Source: Clostridia bacterium | Lineage (GTDB): Bacteria > Bacillota > Clostridia > UMGS1883 | Length of the DNA stretch: 64,000 nucleotides | Direction of reading: 5' to 3' | Assembly: GCA_017472685.1 (NCBI GenBank) | Contig: JAFUOO010000008.1 | Coordinates: forward strand, 6,154 to 70,153 | Shown: piece by piece, positions 37,258 to 46,827 of the stretch | How positions within the stretch are numbered: position 1 is the stretch's first letter | Layout: each line of letters starts with the position of its first letter | The notes under the pieces: model-generated | What the model saw: the letters and a program-made list of their open reading frames with translations, nothing else | What the model was told of the DNA's origin: nothing | Databases searched by the model: none | Position numbers and translations under genes: made by a program

Positions 37258-37515
37258 ATGAAAGATTATATTGAAAATCGGGCACGAAGCCTTGCCTGTT
37301 ACATAATAGAAAATAAAGCCACCGTACGGGATGCGGCAAAAAAGTTTTCAATGTCAAAATCAAGTGTGCATAAGGATGTGACCGCAAGACTTGAAAAAAT
37401 AAGCCCTGCCTTGTCAAGCGAGGTTAAAAAAGTTCTGGAGCACAACAAGGAGGAGAGGCATATCCGCGGCGGACTGGCAACAAAAAAGAAGTACGAAATG
37501 ATGAAGAATAATTAG
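37258..37515 (+). CDS. spoIIID: sporulation transcriptional regulator SpoIIID
   Basis: MKDYIENRARSLACYIIENKATVRDAAKKFSMSKSSVHKDVTARL...ERHIRGGLATKKKY matches the conserved SpoIIID HTH. ATG 37258 follows GGGAGG. Confidence 0.9.
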   Translation: MKDYIENRARSLACYIIENKATVRDAAKKFSMSKSSVHKDVTARLEKISPALSSEVKKVLEHNKEERHIRGGLATKKKYEMMKNN

Positions 37516-37556
37516 AGCGAATAAAGAAGGAATTCCGCTTGCGGAATTATTTCCGA

Positions 37557-37590
37557 AACTCTTCACTTTTCACTATTAACTCTTCACTTT
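37557..37590. repeat. 13-bp direct repeat AACTCTTCACTTT x2 (21-bp period)
   Basis: Copies at 37557-37569 and 37578-37590. The repeat lies between the spoIIID hairpin (AATTCCGC/GCGGAATT, 37531-37548) and the spoVAD terminator palindrome. Confidence 0.6.
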
Positions 37591-37609
37591 GAATTCAACA
37601 ACTGCGTAT

Positions 37610-38626
37610 TTATACGCAGTTGTTGAATTCAATTGCGTGGGCTATCGAGGGGATGCTTTCGCCCTGACAGCTCATGGTGGGGCTCATAAGGGCCCCTGTT
37701 GCAACAAAAAGCACTCGGTTTAAATGCCCCTTTTTCATTTGGGGCAGAATATAGCCTGCAAGCATTGACGCACTGCAACCGCACCCTGACCCGCCTGAAT
37801 GAACATCCTGCTTTTTGGGGTCAAAAATCATGCAGCCGCAGTCGGAGTAAACAGCATCTATATTGATGTGATACTCCTGCTTTAAAAGGTCCGAGGCAAC
37901 CCTTTTACCCGTGTAGCCCAGGTCCCCCGATATTATAAGGTCGTAATCCGTCGGCTTGCTTTTGGAAGCGCTCAGGTGGCGGACTACGGTGTCGCAGAAG
38001 GCGGGAGCCATTGCGCAGCCCATGTTGTTGGCATCGCAAACCCCTGCGTCGATAACCTTGCCTGCGGTAGCGCAGGTTATATAGGGACCTTTTCCTTCGC
38101 TTTCAAGTATAACGGCACCGGCGCCCGTAACGGTCCACTGGGAGGTGGGAGGACGCTGGGAACCGTATTCCAGGGGAAAACGGAACTGCCTCTCGCTTGA
38201 ACAAAAGTGGCTTGAGGTTGCAGCCAGAGCCCTCTTTGCTCCGCCCGATACAAGCAGCGCTGCGATAAACAGGCTCTCTGCCATTGTGGAGCATGCTCCG
38301 TAGAGTCCGAGAAAGGGTATGTTGAGGCGCCTTGCGGCATAGCCTGTAGCTGTGCATTGGTTTAATAAATCACCGCTGGCGAGAAAGGAAATGTCACTTG
38401 TGCGGAAGCTGCCCTTTTCTATTGCGGTTGTGACCGCCTCCTTGAACATTGTGCTTTCTGCCGATTCCCATGTTTTTTGCCCGAAGTACGCATCGGACTC
38501 AACACGGTCAAAGCTTTTGCCGTAGGGACCTTCGCCCTCCTTTTTGCCTACAACCGAAGCAAAGGTTGCAACCGAAGGCGGCTTGTGGAAAAAAAGCGTG
38601 GAGCGCTCTGAAACAGTAAATGACAT
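37610..38626 (-). CDS. spoVAD: stage V sporulation protein AD
   Basis: Thiolase-fold SpoVAD sequence. ATG 38626 follows AGGAGG. Confidence 0.85.
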   Translation of the reverse strand: MSFTVSERSTLFFHKPPSVATFASVVGKKEGEGPYGKSFDRVESDAYFGQKTWESAESTMFKEAVTTAIEKGSFRTSDISFLASGDLLNQCTATGYAARRLNIPFLGLYGACSTMAESLFIAALLVSGGAKRALAATSSHFCSSERQFRFPLEYGSQRPPTSQWTVTGAGAVILESEGKGPYITCATAGKVIDAGVCDANNMGCAMAPAFCDTVVRHLSASKSKPTDYDLIISGDLGYTGKRVASDLLKQEYHINIDAVYSDCGCMIFDPKKQDVHSGGSGCGCSASMLAGYILPQMKKGHLNRVLFVATGALMSPTMSCQGESIPSIAHAIEFNNCV

Positions 38627-38634
38627 ATATCCTC

Positions 38635-39075
38635 CTAAAGCATAAAAATGTAGTAAATCAGCCCGCAAAGAGATGCTGAAAACACCCCGTACACAAGGAC
38701 AGGACCTGCAATTACAAATATTTTCTGAGCAATACCTGTTACAAAGCCCTCGGACTTGTATTCAATGGCAGGCGCCACAACGCTGTTTGCAAAGCCTGTT
38801 ATGGGCACAAGCGTGCCTGCCCCTGCAAAGCGGGCAATGTTGTCAAAAATGTGCAAAGCCGTTAAAATGGCTGCAAGAGCAATCAGTGAAATGCTTACTG
38901 ATGTAGAGGAAAGAGCATCGGACAAATTGAGCGAAAGAAAAAAGGTTTTAAGATATTGCCCCAGCACACATATTGCCCCGCCGGTTACGTAAGCCTTAAG
39001 GGTGTTTACAGCAGTTGAAGTGGGGTCAGTACGCTGTCTTATGAAGCGTGCATATTGGCTTTTTGTTAGTTGCAT
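38635..39075 (-). CDS. spoVAC: stage V sporulation protein AC
   Basis: Membrane protein of about 146 aa with YVTGGAICVLGQ and GAGTLVPITGFAN motifs. It lies directly upstream of spoVAD. Confidence 0.85.
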   Translation of the reverse strand: MQLTKSQYARFIRQRTDPTSTAVNTLKAYVTGGAICVLGQYLKTFFLSLNLSDALSSTSVSISLIALAAILTALHIFDNIARFAGAGTLVPITGFANSVVAPAIEYKSEGFVTGIAQKIFVIAGPVLVYGVFSASLCGLIYYIFML

Positions 39076-39186
39076 AAAATCACCTCGGGGTTATTCTTTG
39101 CATAAAAAGAAACTTTATACAATAAAAAAGACACGCGTTAGCGTGTCTTTTCCTGACTTATTTACTATTACTTAAAGATATACAAA

Positions 39187-40455
39187 TTAGAATAATTTGT
39201 ATATCTTTACTCCGTGCATGGGTACGAGAGAATAAATTCTGTCTTCAGCAACACTTTCTTCCTTTGTGAAGAGGTTTTTCAATGTTGCCTTTTCCTTTCC
39301 GATAAGGGAAAGAGGAGTGTTTATTGTCATGTCCTTGTCGGAAATGTTGAACTGAGCAATATAGCAGCTATCGTCCTTGGTGCTCTTTGCGTACCATACA
39401 ACAGCACCTGTTTCATCGCGGTAAAGCTCATGGTTGTCTGTGGAGTACTTGTTGAGCTCAATCAAATCCTCGTTCATCATAAGGCTGTCTGTCCATTCGT
39501 CGTTCATGGTCATGTCGCCGCCGAAGAAAAGGGGAGAACGGAATATGGACCAGAGCGCCATATGAGTGAGCTGTTCATCCTTTGTAAAGCGCGACCATTC
39601 GCCGCCATGGCCGTCGCAGACACGAAGCTTGCCCAAGGGAAGCATGTCACAATCGGGCCATGCGCCGTCACGTCTTAAATTCTGCCAGTTGCGGCAACGC
39701 TCAAACATGTCTCTAAGCAGCTCCCACTTGTCCCAGAAGTCATCTGTCATACGCCACATATTTGCATGGTCATTAAGATGCTCTGCGCTCTTTAAGGAAG
39801 CAGCACCGGGAGAAAGGGAAAGGATAATGTCTCTGCCTGTCTTGTCGATTGCCTTTCTTATCATTTCAACTTCTTTTGCGTGATAGGGGCGGGCAATGTC
39901 GTCAACCTTTACAAAGTCAATTTCCCACTGAGCATAAAGCTCAAAAAGTGAATCATAATATTCCTGTGCGCCTTCCTTTGTGTGGTCAACACCGTACATA
40001 TCGGTGTTCCAGGGACAGGTAGAATCAACACGTGCAATATCAAGTGCTCTCTTGTTTGTTCCCTTGATGGCTGTGTTCTTCTTCACACATTCACGGGCAA
40101 TACCGCGGAGAATATGGATACCGAACTTCAAGCCCAAGGAATGAACATAGTCAGCCAAAGGCTTGAAGCCCTGACCGTCCTTGGACGAGGGGAAGCGGTT
40201 AGTGGCGGGAATAAGGCGTGAATACTCGTCAAATTCCAATGCGGTGAAATCATTATATGTATGGCTTACGGCATTGGGCTCGTACCACTGAATGTCAACA
40301 ATAACGTATTCCCAACCGTACTTCTTCAAGTTCTTTGCCATATAATCTGCATTTTTTCTCACAACGTCTTCTGTAACGGCTGCACCGTAGCAGTCCCAGC
40401 TGTTCCAGCCCATGGGAGGGGTAAGACAGAGAGTGTGATGCTCTCTTTTTTTCAT
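39187..40455 (-). CDS. GH27-family alpha-galactosidase-like glycoside hydrolase
   Basis: The N-terminal PPMGWNSWDCYG motif is typical of GH27, with a TIM-barrel continuation (FVKVDDI). AAGGAGG RBS. Confidence 0.75.
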   Translation of the reverse strand: MKKREHHTLCLTPPMGWNSWDCYGAAVTEDVVRKNADYMAKNLKKYGWEYVIVDIQWYEPNAVSHTYNDFTALEFDEYSRLIPATNRFPSSKDGQGFKPLADYVHSLGLKFGIHILRGIARECVKKNTAIKGTNKRALDIARVDSTCPWNTDMYGVDHTKEGAQEYYDSLFELYAQWEIDFVKVDDIARPYHAKEVEMIRKAIDKTGRDIILSLSPGAASLKSAEHLNDHANMWRMTDDFWDKWELLRDMFERCRNWQNLRRDGAWPDCDMLPLGKLRVCDGHGGEWSRFTKDEQLTHMALWSIFRSPLFFGGDMTMNDEWTDSLMMNEDLIELNKYSTDNHELYRDETGAVVWYAKSTKDDSCYIAQFNISDKDMTINTPLSLIGKEKATLKNLFTKEESVAEDRIYSLVPMHGVKIYKLF

Positions 40456-40556
40456 AGGAAAAGCCTCCTTGTTTTCATATTATATTTGAGTTATACCATA
40501 TATGGATTAAGGTGTCAACAAATAAAGTGAACAGTTTGTTAAAAAAATATTTTCTC

Positions 40557-40774
40557 TTTACTAATTAGGAAAAAAGTGATAAAATATTTCGCTGAAAGAG
40601 GTGTTTAATGTGATTGTTCACATTAAGACCGCGGCGGAATTTATGTCCGTGCGAAAATTTTACTGAAGGTAAAAACGCACATGGACACAAATTCACATTA
40701 TACGCCTTGTCTGCCACGCAAGGGCGTATAATCAGGCTTTTATTATATGTGGCAGAAAGGTTATGTGAATTCTG
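40557..40774 (+). promoter_or_regulatory. promoter plus a structured leader of about 180 nt upstream of the hemolysin-III gene
   Basis: TTTACT, 17-nt spacer, TGaTAAAAT (40577-40585). Hairpins lie at 40605-40626 (9 bp), 40645-40686 and 40698-40732. Loop TCTGCCAC (40710-40717) is complementary to GTGGCAGA (40749-40756) next to the SD-like AGAAAGG. An outer helix pairs AATTCACAT (40690-40698) with ATGTGAATT (40763-40771). Confidence 0.4.
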
Positions 40775-41413
40775 ATGGCAATTAAATTGAAAAAATACAG
40801 TCTCGGTGAAGAGATTTTCAGCAGTGTTTCTCACGGGGTGGGTGCGCTTATGGCAATAGCGGCAACTGTGCTTGTTATTGTTTTTGCTGCTATTCATCAC
40901 AATGTAATGGGTGTTGTGGGCGGTGCAATTTACGGCGGCACAATGATTGTGCTTTATACAATGAGCACACTTTATCACTCCCTCACAAACACAACTGCAA
41001 AAAAGGTTTTCAGGGTTTTTGACCACTGCTCCATATTTTTACTGATAGCAGGTACATACACGCCCTACTGCCTGTGCACTCTGTGGGGACATGGCGGATT
41101 AGGCATACTTATTGCAATATGGACCTGTGCAATACTGGGCATTATCCTCAATGCAATTGCACTTGATCGCTTCAAAACATTGAGCCTTGTGTTCTATGTT
41201 GTTATGGGTCTGGCAATTATACTCAAGCTTCCCACGTTTGTAGGCCTCATGCCCTTGGGCGGTCTGGTTTTCATGTGCATTGCAGGTGCTGTGTATATTC
41301 TGGGCATAATTTTCTACTTGTGGAAGGTTAAGTATATGCACGCAATCTGGCATTTGTTTGTGCTTGCGGCAAGCATCTGCTTCTTTTTCTCAATACTTTT
41401 CTATGTTGTTTAA
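40775..41413 (+). CDS. hemolysin III / PAQR family membrane protein
   Basis: Seven TM helices, with SHGVGA...YHSL...FDHCSIFLLIAGTYTP motifs. Confidence 0.85.
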   Translation: MAIKLKKYSLGEEIFSSVSHGVGALMAIAATVLVIVFAAIHHNVMGVVGGAIYGGTMIVLYTMSTLYHSLTNTTAKKVFRVFDHCSIFLLIAGTYTPYCLCTLWGHGGLGILIAIWTCAILGIILNAIALDRFKTLSLVFYVVMGLAIILKLPTFVGLMPLGGLVFMCIAGAVYILGIIFYLWKVKYMHAIWHLFVLAASICFFFSILFYVV

Positions 41414-41492
41414 TAAAACCTTGAAAAATGCGGTTTTCTATGATAAAATAAATAATTGGAAAACAAATTGAAAAACGAAAGGATGAAATTTT

Positions 41493-42794
41493 GTGATTGA
41501 TCCGTTACCTGTCGTCACGTTGCAGATTGTTTTTATCGTTCTTGCGGCTCTTTGTAAGGGCGCAAAAGCGGCAATTGAAGGCGTTAACGATTATAAGATG
41601 AAGGAGCTTGCCAAGGACGGCAACAAAAGTGCTAAAAGGGTGCTTGGCTTTATGGAAAAGGAAAGCCGTGTGCTTGCGTCGCTGAGAACAGCTTTTACGG
41701 TGTTTACATTGGTAGCCACTCTTGCCGGCGGCATCTGTAACTATACGGCGTTTGCCGAAAGGTTTTCTGATAAGTGGGTGCTTATTGCAATTCTGGCGCT
41801 TATTCACATCTCTGCAGTAGTTGTTATTGCAGAAATGATTCCCAGAAAAATATGCACATCCAAGGCCGACGAATGTGCCATGAGCCTGTCGGGCTTTGTG
41901 AGCTTCGTATGGAATGTTTTCAGACCGATTTCCTTCGTATACAATCTTCTGGCAAAGCTTTTTGTAGCAATTTCGGGCAATGACCCCAACGGCGAAACTG
42001 CCCACGTAACAGAAGACGAAATTATGATGATGGTTGATCTGGGTAGTGAAAAGGGTACTATTGCTCCCGAGGAAAAGGAGCTTATCACAAACATTTTTGA
42101 ATTTGGCGATAACTGTGCCGCCGATGTTATGACACACCGTAAGGATGTTACGGTGTTGATGCTGGATGAATCGGCGACAGAATGGGAGGAAAAGGTCCGC
42201 GAAAGCGGCTTCTCCCGCTTTCCCGTGTGCGGAGAGGATATCGACGATGTCGTGGGTGTTGTTTATGCCCGCGAGCTGTACGAATTCTTCTACGACAAGG
42301 GCGAAGATATTAAGGAAATTATCCATCAGGCTTATGTTGTTCCCGAAACAATTTCTGCAGATGTTCTTTTCTCAAACATGCAGAAGGAAAAAACACATTT
42401 TGCTGTTGTTGCCGATGAATACGGCGGCTTTGCAGGCATTGTAACAATGGACGATTTGCTGGGCGAAATTGTGGGCGAAATTGAAAACGAGGAATACGAC
42501 GAGGAAACTGAGGTTGAAATCGAAGATATCATATCAGTAAGTGAAAACGAATGGGATGTGGACGGTCTTACCCCCTTGGAGGAGCTTGCCGAAATAACAG
42601 GTGCAGACTTGCCGCTGGACGAATTTGACACACTTTCGGGCTTGGTGCTCCACTGCACAGAGTCTATTCCCGAGGACGGCTCTACATTCACGGTTGAAAC
42701 CTGCTCGCTTGTGATAAACGTTACAGAATTCAAGGACAGACGAGTTGTGAGAGCAACCGTAAGTCTTGCAGAAGTAGAAAAAACAGAAGAATAG
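41493..42794 (+). CDS. CNNM/DUF21-CBS-CorC_HlyC family protein (hemolysin/ion-transport-related)
   Basis: N-terminal DUF21 TM domain, CBS pair and CorC/HlyC C-terminal domain. GTG start. Confidence 0.8.
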   Translation: MIDPLPVVTLQIVFIVLAALCKGAKAAIEGVNDYKMKELAKDGNKSAKRVLGFMEKESRVLASLRTAFTVFTLVATLAGGICNYTAFAERFSDKWVLIAILALIHISAVVVIAEMIPRKICTSKADECAMSLSGFVSFVWNVFRPISFVYNLLAKLFVAISGNDPNGETAHVTEDEIMMMVDLGSEKGTIAPEEKELITNIFEFGDNCAADVMTHRKDVTVLMLDESATEWEEKVRESGFSRFPVCGEDIDDVVGVVYARELYEFFYDKGEDIKEIIHQAYVVPETISADVLFSNMQKEKTHFAVVADEYGGFAGIVTMDDLLGEIVGEIENEEYDEETEVEIEDIISVSENEWDVDGLTPLEELAEITGADLPLDEFDTLSGLVLHCTESIPEDGSTFTVETCSLVINVTEFKDRRVVRATVSLAEVEKTEE

Positions 42795-42863
42795 AGTAAA
42801 GGCAAATGGTGGGGAATTTTCTCCACCATTTGTAAAATACAAGGAAGAAAAGGGAGAGAGGAA

Positions 42864-44609
42864 ATGCCAAAGAAGAGAGAAATTAATATTTTGCATACAG
42901 TGCTGACACTTTTTGTATTTCTGGCTCCCGTTTTCGGCTCCGTATGGGAAAAAAGCACGGTGATATATTTTGCGTTGGCATTATTCTCAGGATGCATAGG
43001 CTACAGAATATATAAAACAGGACAGCTTGTGCTTACAAAAAGCTTTCTTTTCCTTACGGCAATATCGCTTTATGCATTTTTGCAGCTTATATGGGTAAGT
43101 GATAAGGGCGCACAAGCTGCCTTGGGTGCAATGTTTCTTGTTGCGGCGGCAGCAAGCCTCCTTATTGCCGACTATAAAAACCGGATAAGCCGTGAGAATT
43201 TAACAAGCACAGCACTAAGGCTTGTTTATTCCGCGTCGCTTTTCTATTCGGTAATGGCAATTCTGTATCAGGTTTTTATTGAAAGCCGTTTCTGGAGCTC
43301 CAGCATGAGCTTTTCGTCAGGCTCGGGCGCAACAAGTGCATTTATTGCCGTGATAGGTATAACGGCGGCGATAAAGCTTTTCGGCAAAAATATAAAACAG
43401 CCTGCCATTTACCTGGCTGTGCCCGTTATGGCGTACGTGCTTATAATGGCAAAAAGCTTTCAGGGCTATCTTTTTGCAGCGCTTGCACTTTTTGCCTGGG
43501 CAATGACACATAAACACAGGAAAACAGAAGCTTTCGGAGCACTTGTGCTGTGCGTGGCATTGGGCGTGGTGAATGCTATAAATATCATAGCAGGGCTTCT
43601 GATAAATTCCGAAACCATCAACGGTGCAATAAAGGGTATTACAAGCGTTTTCGGCATAGGCTCGGGTGGCTACAATGCAGTCAGCGCCGTTGTAGAGAAG
43701 GGCTATAAGTCCTTCCCCACAACCTTTAGCTTTATGCTCGAGGCCTTCGGCATTGTGGGCTTTGCAATAATGCTCGTTGTAATCGGTGCAGGGGTAATAT
43801 GCTGCATGCGTGAAAAGCGCTTTGCAAATGTGTTTATGCTCGTTTTGACCTTGGCTGTTATGTTCTCATCCTCAGCAACCTTGGCGTTTATGCTGCCTTT
43901 AATAGCAATGTATTATACCTGCCGCGAGGACGGTGTGACATTTGAAATAAACAAGGCTCTGGCGCTTCTGACAGTTGTGCCCTTTGGACTCTCCGGCCTG
44001 TTTACCATGGCACACATCCCTTACACGCTGGGTAAGCATCAGTGCGACCTGGGCAATTATGAAAAGGGTGGCGCGCTTTACACTGTGGGTGCACAGATGG
44101 AACTTTTCAGCTCCCATGGCTGGGAAAAGGCATATACAGCGTATATGAAGCAGGGAGCAGAGGGTGAAAGCGCACCCTCCTACGGGCTTTGGAAGGCTCT
44201 TGTGGAAAAAGCAGCAAGGTTTAATAAAAAGAATTATAAATACAAGTGCGACCTGGCAGAAGTTTACACAGCTCAGGGCGATTATCTCAAGGCACTTGAG
44301 GTTTGGGATGACATAATTATAAGATATGACAATGAAATACTTTATCCGCAATATGCACAAAAAATTGTTGATGTAATGGCAAAATGCCCCATAGGGCTCG
44401 AAAAAACAGAGGAGCTTTATGCTAAAATGGATACATACGCGAAAAAAGCAACGGATAAAGATATTATTTTTGAAATGAACAACATCCTTGCAAAGAGCCA
44501 GCAGTATTATGTGTCTGCCCGTGAGGGCGAAAAAATTGCAGGTGATATGTATATTGACGCAGAGGATGTGACCGAGGTGGAATATGAGAGCAGTAGTGCA
44601 GAGGGTTAA
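42864..44609 (+). CDS. polytopic membrane protein, O-antigen ligase/polymerase-like with a soluble TPR-like C-terminal region
   Basis: About 10 TM helices, an FGIGSGGYN loop, and a helical repeat-like C-terminus. The assignment is tentative. Confidence 0.5.
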   Translation: MPKKREINILHTVLTLFVFLAPVFGSVWEKSTVIYFALALFSGCIGYRIYKTGQLVLTKSFLFLTAISLYAFLQLIWVSDKGAQAALGAMFLVAAAASLLIADYKNRISRENLTSTALRLVYSASLFYSVMAILYQVFIESRFWSSSMSFSSGSGATSAFIAVIGITAAIKLFGKNIKQPAIYLAVPVMAYVLIMAKSFQGYLFAALALFAWAMTHKHRKTEAFGALVLCVALGVVNAINIIAGLLINSETINGAIKGITSVFGIGSGGYNAVSAVVEKGYKSFPTTFSFMLEAFGIVGFAIMLVVIGAGVICCMREKRFANVFMLVLTLAVMFSSSATLAFMLPLIAMYYTCREDGVTFEINKALALLTVVPFGLSGLFTMAHIPYTLGKHQCDLGNYEKGGALYTVGAQMELFSSHGWEKAYTAYMKQGAEGESAPSYGLWKALVEKAARFNKKNYKYKCDLAEVYTAQGDYLKALEVWDDIIIRYDNEILYPQYAQKIVDVMAKCPIGLEKTEELYAKMDTYAKKATDKDIIFEMNNILAKSQQYYVSAREGEKIAGDMYIDAEDVTEVEYESSSAEG

Positions 44610-45036
44610 AAGTGCATCCGTCAGTGTTGACGGCAGCATAACGGGCGAAATAGGAAAGGGTCTTCTTGTCCTTTTCGGAGCCGAGGACGGCGACGTACAG
44701 GAGGACATGGAATACGTTGTAAAAAAATGTGTTGACCTCAGAATTTTCTGCGACGAGCAGGACAAAATGAATTTGTCTGTTAAGGACATTGACGGCGAAA
44801 TTCTGGCTGTGAGCCAGTTTACACTGCTTGCGGAAATCAAAAAAGGCAACCGCCCCGGCTTTACAAGAGCCATGAAGCCCGATACGGCAGAAAAAATGTA
44901 TGAGGAATTCTGCCATAGATGCGCTCTGGCAACAGGCAAGGAAACAAAAAAGGGCATTTTCGGCGCCGACATGAAGGTTGAATTGATAAATGACGGTCCC
45001 GTTACAATAATTATTGACTCAAGAAACAAAATATAG
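44584..45036 (+). CDS. dtd: D-aminoacyl-tRNA deacylase
   Basis: MRAVVQRVKSASVSVDG...GKGLLVLFG...SQFTL...GNRPGF. It overlaps the upstream gene by 26 nt. Confidence 0.9.
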   Translation: MRAVVQRVKSASVSVDGSITGEIGKGLLVLFGAEDGDVQEDMEYVVKKCVDLRIFCDEQDKMNLSVKDIDGEILAVSQFTLLAEIKKGNRPGFTRAMKPDTAEKMYEEFCHRCALATGKETKKGIFGADMKVELINDGPVTIIIDSRNKI

Positions 45037-45092
45037 CTTGAAAATACGACTAAAGTGGTATATAATATTTTATCGCAGTATACACTGAAAGG

Positions 45093-46598
45093 ATGAAAAA
45101 AATGGCACAGAATAATAACAATAATAATCCCAATCAGCAGAAGACACGTGAAGAAAAGCTCCTTGAGCTCCGTGCGGCAGGCAGAGACCCCTATGAGGTT
45201 ACAAAATACGATGTAACTCATTCAATGACATATATTAAGGAACACTTTGAAGAGCTTGAAGGCAAAACCGTAAGAGCAGCAGGCAGACTTATGGCAAAGC
45301 GCCGTGCAGGCGGTTTGATGTTCGCAGACGTTCTTGACCGTGACGAAAAAATCCAGTTCTACTTAAAGAGGGACGAAATCGGCGAGGACGAATTCAACCG
45401 TTTCAAGTTAGAGATTGACGTTTGGGACGTTATCGGTGCAGAGGGTGTTGTTTTCAGAACAGCCGCAGGCGAAATTTCCATTAACGTAACAAGCTTCACT
45501 CTTCTTGCAAAGAACCTCTTTATCCCTGTAAAGGGCAACGAATACGTAAAGAATGAGGTGGCTGACCACGATATCCGCTACCGTCAGAGATATATGGATT
45601 TAATTGCAAATCCCTCCGTGCGTGAAACCTTCAAGAAGAGAAGTGCAATTATCCGCGAGATAAGAAATTATCTTGACTCACGTGATTTCTTAGAGGTTGA
45701 TACACCTGTATTGAACTCTATCAGCGGCGGTGCAACAGCGAGACCCTTCATCACACATCACAATGCATTAGACATTGATATGTATCTCCGTATTGCAACC
45801 GAGCTCAATCTTAAGAGACTTATCGTAGGCGGCCTTGAGCGTGTTTACGAAATGGGCAGACAGTTCCGTAACGAAGGTATGGACCTCACTCACAACCCCG
45901 AATTTACAAGTATTGAAATCTACCAGGCATATACAGACTACGAAGGCATGATGGAGCTTACAGAAGGTCTTATCACACATGTTTGTGAAAAGGTTAACGG
46001 CGAAAAGAAGTTCACCTTCAACGGCACAGAAATTGACCTTACAGGTCCCTGGCAGAGAATGACAATGAAGGAAGCTGTAAAGAAGTATTCCGGCATTGAC
46101 TTTGACACAATCACAACAGTAGAGGACGCTAAGGCGGCGCTTGCCTCTGTTGGCATTGAAGTGGAAGGCGAAAAGTCTATCGGCGAAATGATTGCTCTTG
46201 CATTTGAAGAAAAGGCAGAAGAGCACCTCACAGGACCCGTATTCATTACAGAATATCCTGTTGAAATTTCTCCTCTCGCAAAGAGATGCCACAGCAATAA
46301 GGCATTTACAGAACGTTTCGAAGTGTTCGTAATGGGTAAGGAATTAGGTAACGCATTCAGCGAGCTTAACGACCCCTACGACCAGAAGGAACGCTTTGAA
46401 GAACAGGTTAAGGCTTTAGAGGCAGGCGACGAGGAAGCAGGCATGATGGACGAAGACTACATCAACGCTCTTCGTTACGGTATGCCTCCCACAGGCGGCG
46501 TAGGTATCGGTATTGACCGCTTGGTAATGTTCTTAACTGACAATACCTCTATCCGCGACGTAATACTTTTCCCCACAATGAAGCCTTTAGACAAATAA
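45093..46598 (+). CDS. lysS: lysine--tRNA ligase (class II)
   Basis: OB-fold anticodon-binding domain and class II motifs ([17 protein letters not shown]). ATG 45102 is an alternative start with better SD spacing. Confidence 0.95.
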   Translation: MKKMAQNNNNNNPNQQKTREEKLLELRAAGRDPYEVTKYDVTHSMTYIKEHFEELEGKTVRAAGRLMAKRRAGGLMFADVLDRDEKIQFYLKRDEIGEDEFNRFKLEIDVWDVIGAEGVVFRTAAGEISINVTSFTLLAKNLFIPVKGNEYVKNEVADHDIRYRQRYMDLIANPSVRETFKKRSAIIREIRNYLDSRDFLEVDTPVLNSISGGATARPFITHHNALDIDMYLRIATELNLKRLIVGGLERVYEMGRQFRNEGMDLTHNPEFTSIEIYQAYTDYEGMMELTEGLITHVCEKVNGEKKFTFNGTEIDLTGPWQRMTMKEAVKKYSGIDFDTITTVEDAKAALASVGIEVEGEKSIGEMIALAFEEKAEEHLTGPVFITEYPVEISPLAKRCHSNKAFTERFEVFVMGKELGNAFSELNDPYDQKERFEEQVKALEAGDEEAGMMDEDYINALRYGMPPTGGVGIGIDRLVMFLTDNTSIRDVILFPTMKPLDK

Positions 46599-46635
46599 AT
46601 GGCGTAAAATCAAGGTTTTCAAAGATTGAAAGACA

Positions 46636-46659
46636 AAACTTACGACCAATTTACGACCA
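46636..46659 (+). repeat. attL-type direct repeat
   Basis: AACTTACGACCAATTTACGACCAA matches 55496-55519 at 23 of 24 positions. It is built from 2 TTACGACCA units. Confidence 0.75.
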
Positions 46660-46687
46660 AATAGGAAGAGCATATTCAAAAACATTT

Positions 46688-46728
46688 AAAACTGCAATGT
46701 TAGTTTGAAACTAATGTTGCAGTTTTTT
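46688..46728 (+). terminator. plus-strand terminator just inside the element
   Basis: AAAACTGCAATGTTAG ... CTAATGTTGCAGTTTTTT. The two non-Watson-Crick positions are G-U pairs only on the plus strand. Confidence 0.7.
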
Positions 46729-46752
46729 ATTTTGATAAATTATAAAAAACTA

Positions 46753-46801
46753 TTGACATTCATATTCTACTGTGGTAGAATATAGTAAACTACAAGTGTA
46801 G
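46753..46801 (+). promoter_or_regulatory. promoter overlapped by BlaI/MecI-type operator dyads
   Basis: TTGACA (46753-46758), 17-nt spacer, TAGAAT (46776-46781). Dyad 1 is ATTCTAC-TGTG-GTAGAAT (46764-46781). Dyad 2 is CTACAAGTGTAG (46790-46801), carrying the TACA/TGTA core. Confidence 0.65.
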
Positions 46802-46827
46802 AATATGTATTTTCTGGAGGTACTGAT

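Noticed and set aside
39164-39174. Shared 11-mer ACTATTACTTA (also at 60366-60376; partial CACTATTAAC at 37571-37580) as a dispersed motif linked to terminators
   Set aside because: In a 64-kb AT-rich window, many 11-mers are expected to recur by chance, on the order of hundreds of repeated pairs. There is no extended similarity around the matches.
45037-45092. T-box or other leader upstream of lysS
   Set aside because: The intergenic gap is only 56 nt, with no specifier or T-box sequence. lysS appears co-transcribed with dtd.
43899-45221. 440-aa minus-strand ORF spanning the O-antigen-ligase-like gene, dtd and the lysS start
   Set aside because: It crosses three well-supported plus-strand genes, including highly conserved dtd and lysS. 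It has low-complexity Phe/Ile/Cys-rich composition and no RBS.
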